A stretch of DNA of 64,000 bases from Octopus vulgaris (GCA_951406725.2 OX597816.1:172856001-172920000); one strand, 5' to 3'; counted from the stretch's first letter, positions 13,193 to 27,354 are shown. The notes: a model not told the origin generated them from the letters alone. Translations and numbers: made by a program.

Positions 13193-13715
13193 TACATGAT
13201 AAATTTTATTAAACTTGACCAATATTTTTCAAGCAATGAACAATTTTCATTAAAACAATGATATAATTTGTCGACTTGGAACTAATTGCAAAGTTGCATG
13301 ATAAACGTGTTTTGTCTTCCCATTCAGGGGTCAGTACAAGTTTTTGTCTAAACTCTTTCTTTCTCTCTCTCTCTTTCCGTTGACTGTTTTCAGCCATCAC
13401 CATCACCAGTACCACCACCATCGCCACCACAACTGCCATACACACACAATTCAAACTTCTGATGCCACCACCATCAATACCTTTGACTTCACTGCCTTCC
13501 CCTCTACCACCATCACCATTGTCTTTCACATCGCTTACTATCACCATCATCCCTGACTGACCACCACCACCATCATCACCGTCGCCTCCGCCTCTATCAC
13601 AACTACAGTTTATACTATTGCTCTCACCCCATCACGAGAAATAGTGGAAGTGTCATTGAATAGTGAGAGAGGGGGTCAAAGTTTAACACACTGAGACACA
13701 GAAATTCGTTCTGGC

Positions 13716-13760
<45 letters not shown>

Positions 13761-13847
13761 ATATATTAAAAAATATAATATATTATATAATAATATATAT
13801 TATAATATAGGTGGCATATTAGCAATTAAAACCTAATGGCAAATTAA

Positions 13848-14262
13848 TAAAAGCACCAATTACTAGAAATAAGAGTCAGAAAAACGACTCGATAGTTACA
13901 CAAAGCACTTCCCTCATGAAATGGACGAAAAACGAGGGAGCGAGGAAAAAGACCTTTCTATTTGTGAAACAAACTCACGAAACGAAGTAAACGGATATAT
14001 CCATACCACGTGATTTCGGACTCTGATGATGATCTTTTTGACCCGATGTATCGGGGAGACCCACTGAGGAGGACTACGATCATCATCAGAGTCCGAAATC
14101 ACGTGGTATGGACATACCCGCTTACTTCATTTCGTGAGTTTGTTTCACAATAGAAAGGTGTCTTTGCTCGTTCCCTCGCTTTTCGTCAGTCTCATGAGGT
14201 TGGTGCTTTGTGTGGCTATCGAGTCGTTTTCTGACCCTTATTTTTTAGCAGTTGGTACTTTT
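13848..14262. mobile_element. Penelope-like inverted terminal repeat (arms about 13848-14034 and 14078-14262)
   Basis: Long imperfect inverted repeat containing a hammerhead motif, next to a TA/TTA tract. Confidence 0.65.
14061..14111 (+). ncRNA. Type I hammerhead ribozyme motif
   Basis: CCA-CTGAGGA-GGACT..AGTCC-GAAA-TCACGTGG-TA-TGG: intact core, 5-bp stem II, palindromic stem III, GUA site. Confidence 0.75.
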
Positions 14263-14274
14263 TGTACCTTCGTT

Positions 14275-15092
14275 TAGTTCAAAGGGCAGCAAAAGCATTT
14301 GGTGGCTTGGAGTCATGTGTTTGGTGCCAGCGACATACAAATAAGAATATAAAGCTGGCTCTTTACAAATCATTTGTCTTACCATCCCTGTGGTATTGCC
14401 CTGGAACTTGGACTTGTTATGAAAGGCATTTTAAATTATTAGAACAATTCCACCAAAAATGCCTTCATCGCATTAAAAAAATTAAATGGAGTTCTTTTAC
14501 TCCAAACATAGATGTCCTTGCATCTGCAAGCACCACCTCAATTAAAGCTATGATTTTGATGAACCAGTTATTATGGTGTGGCCATATTGTTCGAATGGCA
14601 GAGAAACGCATGCCGAAACAGTTGTTTTAAGGTGAGCTTGCAGAGGGGAAACGCTATCGGCGTAAACTTTAAAATGGTTTAAGGACTGCATAAGGACTAC
14701 TATGAAGTCACTGGGAATGGTTCCAGAAGATGTGAATGACAATGACCTTCTTGTGTGCACAGTCTGTAACAGACCACGCCTGACTTTTGCTGGGCTCAAA
14801 TCTCATTTGCGAACGCATGGAAAACAAACCTCTACCAACTATTCTGGCTATATGTCTGTGTATACTTTTGAATGCAGTGTATGCCAGAAAGTTTACAAAT
14901 CCAACGGAGGCCCCAAGAGACATTTTAAGATCCACAAAGAACAGAACTTGGTGGTCCAAATCGGAAGTGCAATCTATGTAGGTGTCTTTTCAGAATATTG
15001 AATGGTTTAAAAATCCTCATCAGATGTCATGATGGTGCTAAGGTGTAGGTACAGAAGGTGGTTAAACTCTGCATAAGGACTAGACAACCACC
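14275..15092 (+). pseudogene. RTE-clade LINE 3' fragment with two C2H2-like fingers, ending in (TATG)n
   Basis: KLALYKSFVLPSLWY...LEQFHQKCL...WCGHIVRMAEKRMPKQLF*GEL is typical RTE post-RT sequence; CTVC..SHLRTH and CSVC..RHFKIH. Confidence 0.8.
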
Positions 15093-15432
15093 GTGTATGT
15101 ATGTATGTATGTATGTATGTATGTATGTATGTATGTATGTATGTATGTATGTATGTATGTATGTTTGTATGTATGTACGTATGTATCATGCTGAGTAAAA
15201 AGTAGGCAAGGTTTTGAAACATGAAATTCATTACAATATATTTCAACAATGCGGAAATTTTATTCATCAAAGTAAGTACCATTATAATCAACACATTTTT
15301 GCCAACGAGTTACAAGTTTGTTTATTCCGGTAACATAAAATTCTGGAGTTCTGGAGCTGATGAACTCTTTGAATGCAGTTAATTTAATATATGTACGTAC
15401 CTACCTCTACATGTATATATACATTCATATAT

Positions 15433-15672
15433 GAGTACAGGACACAAAAAAAAACGTCGAACACAATGAGAAACGAAAACATAAACACAAAACCAAGGAA
15501 ATGGACATTTTTCTTAAACAACGAAAAAATAGAGTACAGGAGATATAATACAAGGAAAATTCCCCTTCTTCAGTCGCCTTTGTTTCATCTACTCCTGGTT
15601 TCGAATGTCAAGGCGATACATGACTTTAATGAAACATTCCTTCCCGCGAAAAGCAAATTAAATAAAATCTCA
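15433..15672 (-). mobile_element. Short interspersed repeat (possibly Penelope-like terminus); related copy at 34563-34775 in the opposite orientation
   Basis: Reverse-complement similarity to 34563-34775; weaker relative at about 28330-28630. Confidence 0.6.
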
Positions 15673-15914
15673 TCTATTAATGGCTGATGATTGCTGAACA
15701 TTTTAAAACTGTTGTAATACTTAAAACTTTTTTTAAAATAATGTAGCGTGAAACGAAAATACCAAATTACCGAAGTTATTCTTGTAGCTTATTTTGATAT
15801 ATACATATATATATATATAGGCTTCGAGTGGCCCGTCTGTTTTTTTGTGTCGTCTCTTTTTGTGTTTTTGCGTTCTTGTCCCACTTTGTAATTTATAATT
15901 TATATTTAATTTCT

Positions 15915-15952
<38 letters not shown>

Positions 15953-16134
15953 TAAAAGTTGAACATTGACAATCGAATATTAAAAATAACAATAACAAAA
16001 CAACAAGAGAACATATATATGAAATGCATTAGCATGACGCTCATGGGTTTTTAATGTTTCGAGCTTAGCTCTTTGTCAGAGAGAGGTGACAAGAAAAGTT
16101 CAGAGAAGGAAAGGGACCACGTGTATGGTTACAC

Positions 16135-16209
16135 GGTTGATAGATAGATTGATAGATAGATAGGTAGATGGACAGACAGACAGATAGATAGATATATAGA
16201 TAGACAGAC

Positions 16210-16274
<65 letters not shown>

Positions 16275-16405
16275 CATACATACATCCATACATACATACA
16301 TACATACATACATACATACATACATACATACATACATACATACATACATACATGCATACATACATACATACATACATACATACATACATACATACATAGA
16401 TGGAT
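16135..16405. repeat. (TAGA)n/(CATA)n microsatellites
   Basis: Direct reading. Confidence 0.95.
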
Positions 16406-16424
16406 AGACACACACATATATATA

Positions 16425-16630
16425 TAACGGGAAGCTTTATGAAAATAAACAAAAGACGAAGGCAGGTGGAATACAAACAAACAAATGTATTAGTATGGCG
16501 CTCAGGAATAGAAATAAAACAAGTCTTTTGCGTTTCGAGCCTACGTTCTTCAACAGAAAGATACACAGAAAAGAAACACGGAGAGAAACAAGGAGAGAGA
16601 AAAAATGCGTGCAGAAGCTAGCGAATCAAC
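16425..16630 (-). mobile_element. Penelope-like terminal fragment abutting (TA)n
   Basis: 16425-16482 matches the reverse complement of 42828-42884; atypical hammerhead-like CTGTTGAAGAACGTAGGCTCGAAAC on minus strand. Confidence 0.5.
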
Positions 16631-18218
16631 ATACACATATCGCCAGTAAATCATAAAACGGTTACACACATGACTATGCACATTCATGTGAGTATGTCTA
16701 TATGTGGATAGAGAGAGAACGAAAGAGAAACAGTCAGCATCAACAATGCAGATGAGACACAACTGTAAAGAGGTATAGAAGAGAAGTGAGTGAGAAAGAG
16801 ATATTGCGAGTAAGCAATTTAGCCAAAAAAGTAATACTGAAGAGGTGAAAAAAACGGAAGAAAAAACTTTATAATAGAAATGAGAAATTGGAGAGATAAC
16901 GTGATAAAATAAAATAGGTAGAGATTGAGTAAGAGTGCGGTGAGTAGATAGAGGGAGAAATTGTGTGTGATACACAAGTATGTAGGAAGGAAGATGGTGG
17001 GAAATGAGGAGAAAATATAGAAGCATATTTTGATTAAGAACTAGAAAGACAGAAAACTATATAGATAGAGAGGAAGTATGTAAGTGAATGAGTGAGTGAA
17101 TGAGCGAGAGAGCGGGTAAAAATAATGAAGGTGAGTGAGAAAGTGAGAGCGCATATACAACAGACATATATTTGCTAGCCAAAAAGACGACTTCCAATTG
17201 CAAAAAGATGACGCTTATCATAAGTTAATGGTTGATATGAATCAGGGAGAAGTGCGGCAAAATATTAGCAAAAAAGCCAAACGCAAACACCAAGAGAAAA
17301 CGGAATACAACTTAAGATAGGAAGGTTAAGAAGTACAGAAAGAAGGCAGAAATAAGCACCACCATTTTTGACGCGTGCTATGCAAGGGGTGTATAAAAAC
17401 AATATGAATATATAACACATTCACAAGCATTCAAGCCATCTTCACTGCCGACGCCACCAGCTTCATCAGTCGCTACTGTCTACTCAATTGTCGTGCAGGG
17501 GAGAAAGTTCAGAGGCCGTCACCTTTGTACAGCTTCGGATCAATAATACATTGGTGAATAGCACGGCATCTGTTATGCGACCGATGAGATCTTGGCGTGA
17601 GTGGAACCTGTTTTTTTTTTGTACTGTTATATTTTTATCTTCTTTTTTTTTTTTCTCTGGTTGCTCTCAATGAATATTCTTGATTGGCGCTATTGGTGTA
17701 GAGTTATAGAGGAGGGCGATGTCATCCTTGACCTGCATTTTAGCTCGTTAATGTTCATGCTTTTCTACCTTATACTTACTTCTTCATTGACTTCAGTACG
17801 ACTAAGCTACGGGATGGTACTGCAATGTGACGTGATATGGTATGCATATGGTTATCTGTGTATGTCTGTTGTGTGAATCATTGACATTAAGGAATATATC
17901 ATTACATTTATACTGTGTTTTTTAAAGTGAGAGGGAAAACGAAGATATAATACAGATATGTATATGCGTGTGTATATCATTTATTATGTATGCTTGCAGA
18001 CAACACAAACAGACATGCACGCACGCACTCATACACACACATATGTGCATATATCTATATACATAAGAGAAAGAGAGAGGGGGGATAGCTGGAGAGTGAG
18101 AGATAGGTAGATAAAGTTTCGCAAGGACAAAATACAGAAACTTGAATAAAGAATTCAAGATCAATATATAAACATACACTATACAATATATATATATATA
18201 AATATATTTATATATGCA

Positions 18219-18260
<42 letters not shown>

Positions 18261-18739
18261 GTAAGTATCAAGTCGATGATTGGGTGTTTTTCCATGGAAC
18301 ATACTTTTATTTGGTGCCTTCTACCAATATTAAGGTTATTCATGATGACAACGTATTTTAAAGTAAATATACTTAAATGTGAGCAGATATTTTAATGTGA
18401 AAGCAAAATGTAAGGGCAAAATTTATGGTGTAAAAAATTATTTGAACTCTATAATTGATATAGCCATTAATCATCTACCAAACCTGATGAAGCACATACG
18501 ATGCGAGTTCTAGTATTGTTCGTTCCTGTAATAATTGCTTATTTTGCAGGGATGGTTTGCTGGTACCATATCCAACCCACGTACTTAGTACCATACTGTA
18601 CGAGAAGAGTTGAACGTAAGTTTTATAAGGCTGTTACTACTGGGGTCACGATGAACTAATATTTCCAACAAATCATACTTGATGCGTTAAGAGATATACT
18701 ATATGTGGAACAGATGGAGTGATCATGGCTAAAACCCTT

Positions 18740-19045
18740 TTGTGAGTGTTTATTGAGTGAAAACACCTAAAGCTCCACGAGGCTCCGGCAGGGGATGGTG
18801 GTGATCCCTGCTGTACTCTTTCAGCACAACTTTCTTTCACTCTTACTTCCTGTTTCTGTTGTACCTGTATTTCAAAGGGCCGGCCTTGTCACTCTCTGTG
18901 TCACGCTGAATATCCCAGAGAACTACGTTAAGGGTACACATGTCTGTGGAGTGCTTAGCCACACTTGCACGTAAATTCCACGAGCAGGCTGTTCCGTTGA
19001 TCGTATCAGCTGGGACCCTCATCGTCGTAACCGACGGAGTGCTCC
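18740..19045 (+). mobile_element. SINE family B, 5'-truncated
   Basis: Matches 12903-13180 plus the GTCGTAACCGACGGAGTGCT end. Confidence 0.85.
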
Positions 19046-19270
19046 TATCACGTATCACAATACTGCACTCTTGAGAGGATAAAAACCGACGACTTCTATC
19101 GCGATTTTTTAATCCGCCCTCAATAGTAACCCGGGTGTCTAACCATAATATGCATGGTATACGTTTCGTCGATCTCGGAATATGTAAAAGTGCAAAATAG
19201 ACATTGGTCTACCCACATGGGATAGCTCAATCTAGAATTTCTGTTAGAATGCACCGATTTTTATTCAATA

Positions 19271-19694
19271 GGCGCAGGAGTGGCTGTGTGGTAAGTAGCT
19301 TGCTAACCAACCACATGGTTGCGAGTTCAGTCCCACTGCGTGGCATCTTGGGCAAGTGTCTTCTGCTATAGCCCCGGGCCGACCAATGCCTTGTGAGTGG
19401 ATTTGGTAGACGGAAACTGAAAGAAGCCTGTCGTATATATGTATATATATATATATGTGTGTTTGTATATCTGTGTGTGTTTGTGTGTCTGTGTTTGTCC
19501 CCCTAGCATTGCTTGACAACCGATGCTGGTGTGTTTACGTCCCCGTCACTTAGCGGTTCGGCAAAAGAAACCGATAGAATAAGTACTGGGCTTACAAAGA
19601 ATAAGTCTCGGGGTCGATTTGCTCGACTAAAGGCGGTGCTCCAGCATGGCCGCAGTCAAATGACTGAAACAAGTAAAAGAGTAAAGAGAGTAAA
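19271..19694 (+). mobile_element. SINE family A, full length
   Basis: Near-identical to 2624-3028. Confidence 0.9.
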
Positions 19695-19885
19695 TATCAT
19701 GCTGCTATAAACATATTGCAGAGACGAAAGGATTCCATACAAACTGCGCTACCAAATTTATTTTACAAGTTCCAACGCTGCAAAATTGTTTTGGTCAACG
19801 TTCTTGGTCAGCATTTCATACAAGACAATTGCCTACACAAACCTATATTGTGACAGAGCTAAGATTCACTCTCATACATATGCAG

Positions 19886-19920
<35 letters not shown>

Positions 19921-20045
19921 AGCAGGTAAAGAGATAAAGAGAATGAAAGAGATAGACAGATACATAAATAGCTAGTTAACTAACTGGACAGGCAGATAGA
20001 CAGACAGGCAGACAGGCAGGCAGACAGACCGATAGATAGATAGTT

Positions 20046-20080
<35 letters not shown>

Positions 20081-20145
20081 TGTAGATAGATAGGTAGATA
20101 GATAGATAGAGAGAGAGAGAGAGTGAGATAGAAAAAAAGAAGGAA

Positions 20146-20224
<79 letters not shown>

Positions 20225-20786
20225 TGCTCACCTTCGTAAGAAACATGTATAAACGGGAAGGTGACCTATTAAAGATGATTCAAACAAAATTATTTATGCA
20301 CTCCTCGCATGCTCAAATATTACTCATATCTTCGCTTTATATCCTATGTATACACGTCCATATACACACTCACACGCATACAGACGCAGTCTCTCAATCT
20401 TTCTCTCTCTCTCTCTCTCTCTCTCCCTCTCTCTTTTTCTCTCTCTCAGTCATGCGCACGCACACTTATCGTCACAGTCATATATATATATATATATATA
20501 TATACAAATATGCATAAACATATGCATACACTCTATGCATGTGGACATTTGAAAAAATCATTTTAATATGTGCATATATGAACATCTGAAATTCGGATAC
20601 ATATTTATATGTAGATAAGGAATTTGTGAGTTTGGATAAGTTCGTTTGCCGCTGGGAAAAGACGGATCTGACAGTTCACCCTTCGTCGCAGAGAAAAGCG
20701 ATTTAGATGGACACGGACACACACGTGCGGATGTACTCATCCATACATACACACACACGGGCTTGCACATATTCACATACTCACTC

Positions 20787-20824
<38 letters not shown>

Positions 20825-21069
20825 ACACGCACGCATGCACACACACGCACGCATGCACGCTCACACATTTTTGATAACACTTTGACTCAGTTCCAGACTT
20901 AGTTTCATGGGCAAGTGAGACAGGTCCATCTCATCAGACATATACGCAGAATTTTCTGTTGTCTTACGAGCCAACTAAACTGTAAGTTATATGCAGCTGA
21001 GTCAAACTGATATTAAAAAATATACGTAATTCCTACCAAATGTATTGAGTGCAACTTTCTTTCATTTGT

Positions 21070-21163
<94 letters not shown>

Positions 21164-21166
<3 letters not shown>

Positions 21167-21406
21167 GGAGTAAACACATAAATGTGAAACAAGGTGGAAA
21201 AAAGAGTACTCAAATACCAGTGGTAGAGTAATATGCTTTATTTAAAGTAGCAGAAAATTCAACAAAACCTGTTACTCTGAGTTTCCCGTTGCCGTTCATC
21301 GGACAGTTTTTGCTAGAATTTCTAGCAAAAACTGTCCGACGAACGGCAACGGGAAACTCAGAGTAACAGGTTTTGTTGAATTTTCTGCTACTTTAAATAA
21401 AGCATA
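21164..21406. mobile_element. Penelope-like foldback element in (TA)n: 87-bp arms (21232-21318 and 21320-21406) plus one-sided extension
   Basis: Near-perfect palindrome with one mismatch; hammerhead-like motif in each arm. Confidence 0.75.
21332..21369 (+). ncRNA. Minimal type I hammerhead-like motif with variant core (mirror copy 21269-21306, minus)
   Basis: CTGT-CCGA(C/T)GA-ACGGCAACGG-GAAA-CTCAGAG-TA-ACAG; U4C change and weak stem II. Confidence 0.55.
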
Positions 21407-21643
21407 AATATATATAGGAGAGTACGTATGTGTACGTGTGTATAATCTGATGCCTTATAAGTATGTCTATCTATCTATCTGTCTATCTATCTATCGATGT
21501 GTGTGTGTGTGGTGTAGGGATACACGTAAAAAGGTCTCCTCCGGTTCTATGTGCTCAAACTACAACGCCTACGACGTCACTTGTGTCTAGTTGTACCGCT
21601 TCATGTCGGCGGCCTTTCCTTTGAGCAGACCCCGAAAAAAAAA

Positions 21644-21934
21644 AAGCCTTGTGAGTGGATTTGGTAGACGGAAACTGAAAGAAGCCCGTCGTATATATGT
21701 ATATATATGCGTGTGTGTGTTTGTGTCTGTGTTTGTCCTCCTAGCATTGCTTGACAACCGATGCTGGTGTGCTTATGTCTCCGTTACTTAGCGGTTCGGT
21801 AAAAGAGACCGATAAAAATAAGTACTGGGCTTAGAAAAGAATAAGTCCCGGGGTCGAGTTGCTCGATTAAAGGCGGTGCTCCAGCATGGCCGCAGTCAAG
21901 TGACTGAAACAAGTAAAAGAGTAAAAGAGTAAAA
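21644..21934 (+). mobile_element. SINE family A, 5'-truncated
   Basis: Matches 2740-3028. Confidence 0.88.
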
Positions 21935-23109
21935 GACTAAATAGCAAGATAGTGAAAAAAAATGCAATGGCCGCGATATTGTACTCTACTAGGTTAACTA
22001 TTGTGTGGAATTTATCTAGTATGATCCCAGAACAGACTAAAGTAAAGCCAAACACCATTCTTGGTATTTGGATGATGCCTACATTTTAATGGTAACCGTA
22101 TACAAACAGTATTTATACTAGCTATATATGTGACACTTGATGTATATACACAGTTTATCGACCATTTACTGAGATATTCGTTCCGAGATAACATTTCTTG
22201 TGGACGTACTCTGTTAAAAGTACAGTAACTAACGAAATGTGGATGGTAGATGAATATCGATGGTCGACAAACAGCGAAGGCAGCAGATGCATTTTAAATG
22301 TTTTGAGTCTCCCATAATGATGAGTTCCCCCATCCAGCCACTTGTTTGGACGAAAATTCGTCGCCTGCCAATATAAAAAACGGTGATGTTGCAAGTAGCC
22401 GCTCGGCTGAATAAGAATCCAGAATATGCAACTGAAGCATCATTTCACTTAAAGAATATGAGCGTTTAAAAGACGTTTACTGCGGTATTCGCCCTGAAAT
22501 AACATCTCTTATGGACAACAAACACATCACGGTCACTGACAAGGAAAAATGTTGCTATTTCTGGGCCGCTATTTTAATACGTCTCCTGAACAGAAATAAA
22601 TATATATACAAATTAACATATACAGGTCGAGGCAGAGAGAGGAAGGAGAGAACGAGTGCAAGAGAGACAGAGTGTTAAAAAGAGAGAGAGGGGGAAGAGA
22701 AAGAGGGAGTGAAGAGATAGAGAGTGAAGAGAGAGAGAGAGAGAGAAGAGAGAGAGTGAAGAGAGAGAGTGATGAGAGAGAGAGTGAAGAGAGAGTGATG
22801 AGAGAGAGTGAAGAGAGAGAGAGAGAGAGAGATTGAGAGACTGGCTGTATGTCTGTATGTCTGTTGATTATCCCTGAGTGAATAGAGTACCAGACAACCA
22901 GCCAAAAGAAAAGCAGTTACGTGTGCGTGTTTTTGTGCGCGCGTATGCAGACTCAGGCACACACAGTCATGCATGCACAGACACATGCGCAGTGAAGAAC
23001 GTACACAAACGTACACAGGAACACACACATACACACACACGCGGACACGCATGCGCGCGCATACACATGAACGCATACACGCAAACATATACTCAGATAC
23101 ATGTCTGTC

Positions 23110-23529
23110 TTTTACTCTTTAACTCTTTTACTTGCTTCAGTCATTTGACTGCGGCCATGCTGGAGCACCGCTTTTAATCGAACAAATCGACCCCGGGACT
23201 TATTCTTTGTAAGCCCAGTACTTATTCTATCGATCTTTTTTGCCGAACCGCTAAGTGACAGGGACGTAAACACACCAGCATCGATTGTCAAGCAATGCTA
23301 GGGGGACAAATAGACACACAAACATATACACACATACATATATATATAAATATATATACACATATACGACAGGCTTCTTTCAGTTTCCGTCTACCAAATC
23401 CACTCACAAGGCATTGGTCGGCCCGGGGCTATAGCAGAAGACACTTGCCCAAGGTGCCATGCAGTGGGACTGAACCCGGAACCATGTGGTTGGTTAGCAA
23501 GCTACTTACCGCACAGCCACTCCTGCGCC
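23110..23529 (-). mobile_element. SINE family A, full length
   Basis: Reverse complement of the family A sequence. Confidence 0.9.
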
Positions 23530-23766
23530 TGTTCAAGAAAAAAGGAAAAAAAAAACGCCAGAAAAGCAGTTGGTACTCTTTTGCTTCTGAATCGTTCAGT
23601 TCTCCTTGCTTTGAACAAACGCTGTACAGTTTACGGGAAAGAGATGGGAATTGTATCTACCTCATAATGTTTTCAAGTAGTTCTTAGCACGTGGTACTGG
23701 GTTCAACATCGCGTGTTAATATAGAAACCAGACCTCCCAACATTGGAATTTGGTTTTTAGTTCAGA

Positions 23767-24109
23767 CTAGTACTATGACCCGGCAACGCCGGTTCATAGT
23801 GCTAGTGCATGCATATACAGCTGCGTGTGTGCACACATACACGCGAGTACTGTCCAAATCTCCGACCAATCATATACAGCTAGCTGGCATTCAATTGGCG
23901 TATTTCGGGCATTTTGATTGGGTTTTGGATAGAAAATTCACAAAAAAGTCACTTGTATTGATATTTTAATGGCTTTGCGGGGTGACTGGGGAAAAGTAAA
24001 GATATGCGTGACCACCCTTGGACGGTTTTGAATGACCATAGAAAGTGCGAGCCCTCTAACTGAAAAATTGTGGAATTGTATAAAGGACATTTTGCCGTTT
24101 ATATATAGA
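23767..24109 (-). mobile_element. Non-autonomous Helitron-like element
   Basis: Minus strand starts TCTATATATAAACGG and ends CTAG followed by T; strong terminal hairpin at 23766-23806. Confidence 0.55.
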
Positions 24110-24317
24110 GCGATTACAGAATACATCGCACACAGGACATCTTCCGCAGCCATCGAACATTTCCATTAGTAAATACACACGCAAATACTCATAGTACCCA
24201 TACTTATACAAATACACACACACAGATATGAATACGTAACATATGTGTGTATGAACGTGTGTGTTTATGTATATGCGTATGTGTGAGCTTGTTCGTAGTT
24301 TGTGTGTATAAATATAT

Positions 24318-24582
24318 CACCGTGACCGACCAGGCTATCAGATGTTGCTACACATCACTGGTCACAATGCGCTTCGCATTGATTTAGCCTTCAAATGACA
24401 AGAGTGAGAGAAAGTCGTGGCGAAAGAGTACAGCAGGGTTCACTACCACCCACTGCTGGAGCCTCGTGGAACTTTAGGTGTTTTCGCTCAATAAACACTC
24501 ACAACGCCCGGTCTGGGAATTGAAACCGTGATCCTACGACCGCGAGTCCGCTTGCCCTACCCACTAGGCCATTGCACCTCCA
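24318..24582 (-). mobile_element. SINE family B 5' part joined to a different 3' tail
   Basis: 24400-24582 matches the reverse complement of 12827-13007; 24318-24398 differs from the tails of the other B copies. Confidence 0.7.
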
Positions 24583-24682
24583 CGTATAAATATATATGTA
24601 TGCTTATATATACAAATATATGCACATAAACGCACAGTTATTTATACACACACACATGCACAAATGCACACACCCAATCACA

Positions 24683-25083
24683 TTACTCTTTTACTCTTTT
24701 ACTTGTTTCAGTCATTTGACTGCTGCCATGCTGGAGCACCGCCTTTAGTTGAGCAAATCGACCTCGGGACTTATTCTTTGTAAGCCCAGTACTTATTTTA
24801 TCGGTCTCTTTTGCCGAACCGCTAAGTGACGGGGACGTAAACACACCAGCATCGGTTGTCAAGCAATGCTAGGGGGACACACAAACACACACACATATAT
24901 TTTTACATATATACATATATACGACAGGCTTCTTTCAGTTTCCGTCTACCAAATCCACTCACAAGGCATTGGTCGGCCCGGGGCTATAGCAGAAGACACT
25001 TGCCCAAGATGCCACGCAATGGGACTGAACCCGCAACCATGTGGCTGGTTAGCAAGCTACTTACCACACAGCCACTCTTGCGC
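24683..25083 (-). mobile_element. SINE family A, full length
   Basis: Reverse complement of the family A sequence. Confidence 0.9.
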
Positions 25084-25479
25084 CTATTACATTATGTATA
25101 ACTTTTAAAAATAATTTCAGGTAGATCTCTTTTCCTAATGCTTGTATTCTAACGTCTGTAGTTTACTCAGCTTCTCCCGACTGTTTAAACTCATTCACTC
25201 TCATATCTAGCCGCCATTTCCCAAAATACGTGACGACAGCTCATTCAGATTCTCCTATTGGCGTACATCTCCTACATTTGCCAGTTTATCGTGGTAATTG
25301 TCTAAGATGTTGATTGCATCAGAACAACGGTTTTCTCAATAAATATGTCACAATTCGAGAAGAGTTTTTATTTTGAGACGTGGCTACCACTCAGTCATTC
25401 ACGATTTTTTTGTTAATGTCATTAATTCAGCATAAGAGTGATATGGGAGTTTAGCTACATGTGTAAGTATGAATAAATA

Positions 25480-25561
25480 TTCACACACACACACATACAT
25501 ATGTGTGTGTGTGTTTGAAAGTGTGTGAAAGGGAGTGAGTGTGTGCGTGCGCGTACGTGTG

Positions 25562-25592
<31 letters not shown>

Positions 25593-25727
25593 ACATATAT
25601 ATAGATATAGATATATATATATACAAGTGTGTAAAATATATATATATATATATATACTGTACATATATATATGTATATATATATATATATATATGTACAG
25701 TTATATATACATGCATATTCCCATATG

Positions 25728-25783
<56 letters not shown>

Positions 25784-26251
25784 CATAGGTGAATATGCAT
25801 GTATGTATAGCTATACATATATACGTATAAACATGCATCTTACGTCCATTCAGGAATTGTTAATACACATTTCATAAGTGTAATTATATTTCATTTCCAT
25901 GAATGTATGTATATAGATATGCATAGACATTCATATATATGCACACGCGCGCACTCACAGATGCACACAGACATACATATACACACTCATATACTATGCA
26001 TGTATATAATATATAGAATAGGTATATGTCTATACATATATATTTACGCGTATATACGTATATATGTGTGTACGTCTATATATATATATATATATACATG
26101 CATACGCATTCTACATATGCACACACACGCGCGCACACATTCACATTCACATATACTATGCATGTATATAATATATAGAATAGGTATATGTCTATACATA
26201 TATATTTGCGCGTATATATGTATATATGTGTGTATGTCTATATACACACAT

Positions 26252-26303
<52 letters not shown>

Positions 26304-26438
26304 GCATACGCATTCTACATATGCACACACAAGCACGTGCACACATTCACATTCACATATACAATGCATGTATATAATATATAGAATATGTATATGTCTA
26401 TACATATATATGTATGTGTATATATGTATATATGTGTG

Positions 26439-26496
<58 letters not shown>

Positions 26497-26630
26497 ATAT
26501 ATATACATAAACAGCGTATATAATAACCATCATACATATGGTTGTAAATCTAGATATATGCAAGTATGCATACCTGCATGCATACATAACATGCCTACAT
26601 ACATATACATAAATACATACATACATGCGC
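25480..26630. repeat. TA-rich low-complexity region with three tandem 150-200 bp units
   Basis: ATGCATGTATATAATATATAGAATA(G/T)GTATATGTCTATACATATATA recurs near 25997, 26158 and 26364. Confidence 0.85.
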
Positions 26631-27154
26631 AATGCAATTTAATGAAAAACAAGATACATAAATACAAGCTTAAATAGAAAGACATCACAAAATCTCATTT
26701 TTTTCTATTTTCTTTTTGCACTCCTCTGTCTTATAAAAGAAAAAAAATCTTACCGAATTCTTTGATTTGGCTCTTGTAACATAACCCAAACCTTTTAAAT
26801 AGATATTTTGGGAAGTTATCTTTAGTTTTCTTTTTTCTCCCTATTTCTCAATTTTCTTTTTAATTCCAGAGGTCTCCATGTAAATCTGGAAAAGTCAGGG
26901 ACTCGTAATAAAATAATGAATAATTGGTTATCGATTAAAGATTATCGTAAAAATCTAGGCTTTATTAAATTCCTATATTCTTTTATTTATTAGATCTTTT
27001 CGCTATTCTTACACAATCACATAAAAATTGTGAGACGTTACATGCTCCCTCACCATCTCACACACACATATATATATATGTGTTTATATATATATATATC
27101 GCTGTTCGTGCAAGCATATTATATTTATAAGTATATATATGTGTGTATGTGTGC

Positions 27155-27217
<63 letters not shown>

Positions 27218-27239
27218 TACATATATATATATACATATA

Positions 27240-27304
<65 letters not shown>

Positions 27305-27354
27305 GTCTGTCTGTCTGTCTGTCTACCTGCCTGTCTGTCTGGTCTATCTATCTA

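Noticed and set aside
14702-15001. Host C2H2 zinc-finger gene
   Set aside because: Contiguous with the RTE ORF C-terminus and tail, so best read as part of the LINE
15560-15610. Possible type II hammerhead on the minus strand (also near 34635-34675)
   Set aside because: GAAA and CTGAAGA are present at 15560-15610 but stems I and II do not pair; the second copy lacks GAAA
18484-18520. Possible hammerheads near 18484, 30326 and 49395
   Set aside because: One core box or stem I is missing in each; not distinguishable from chance
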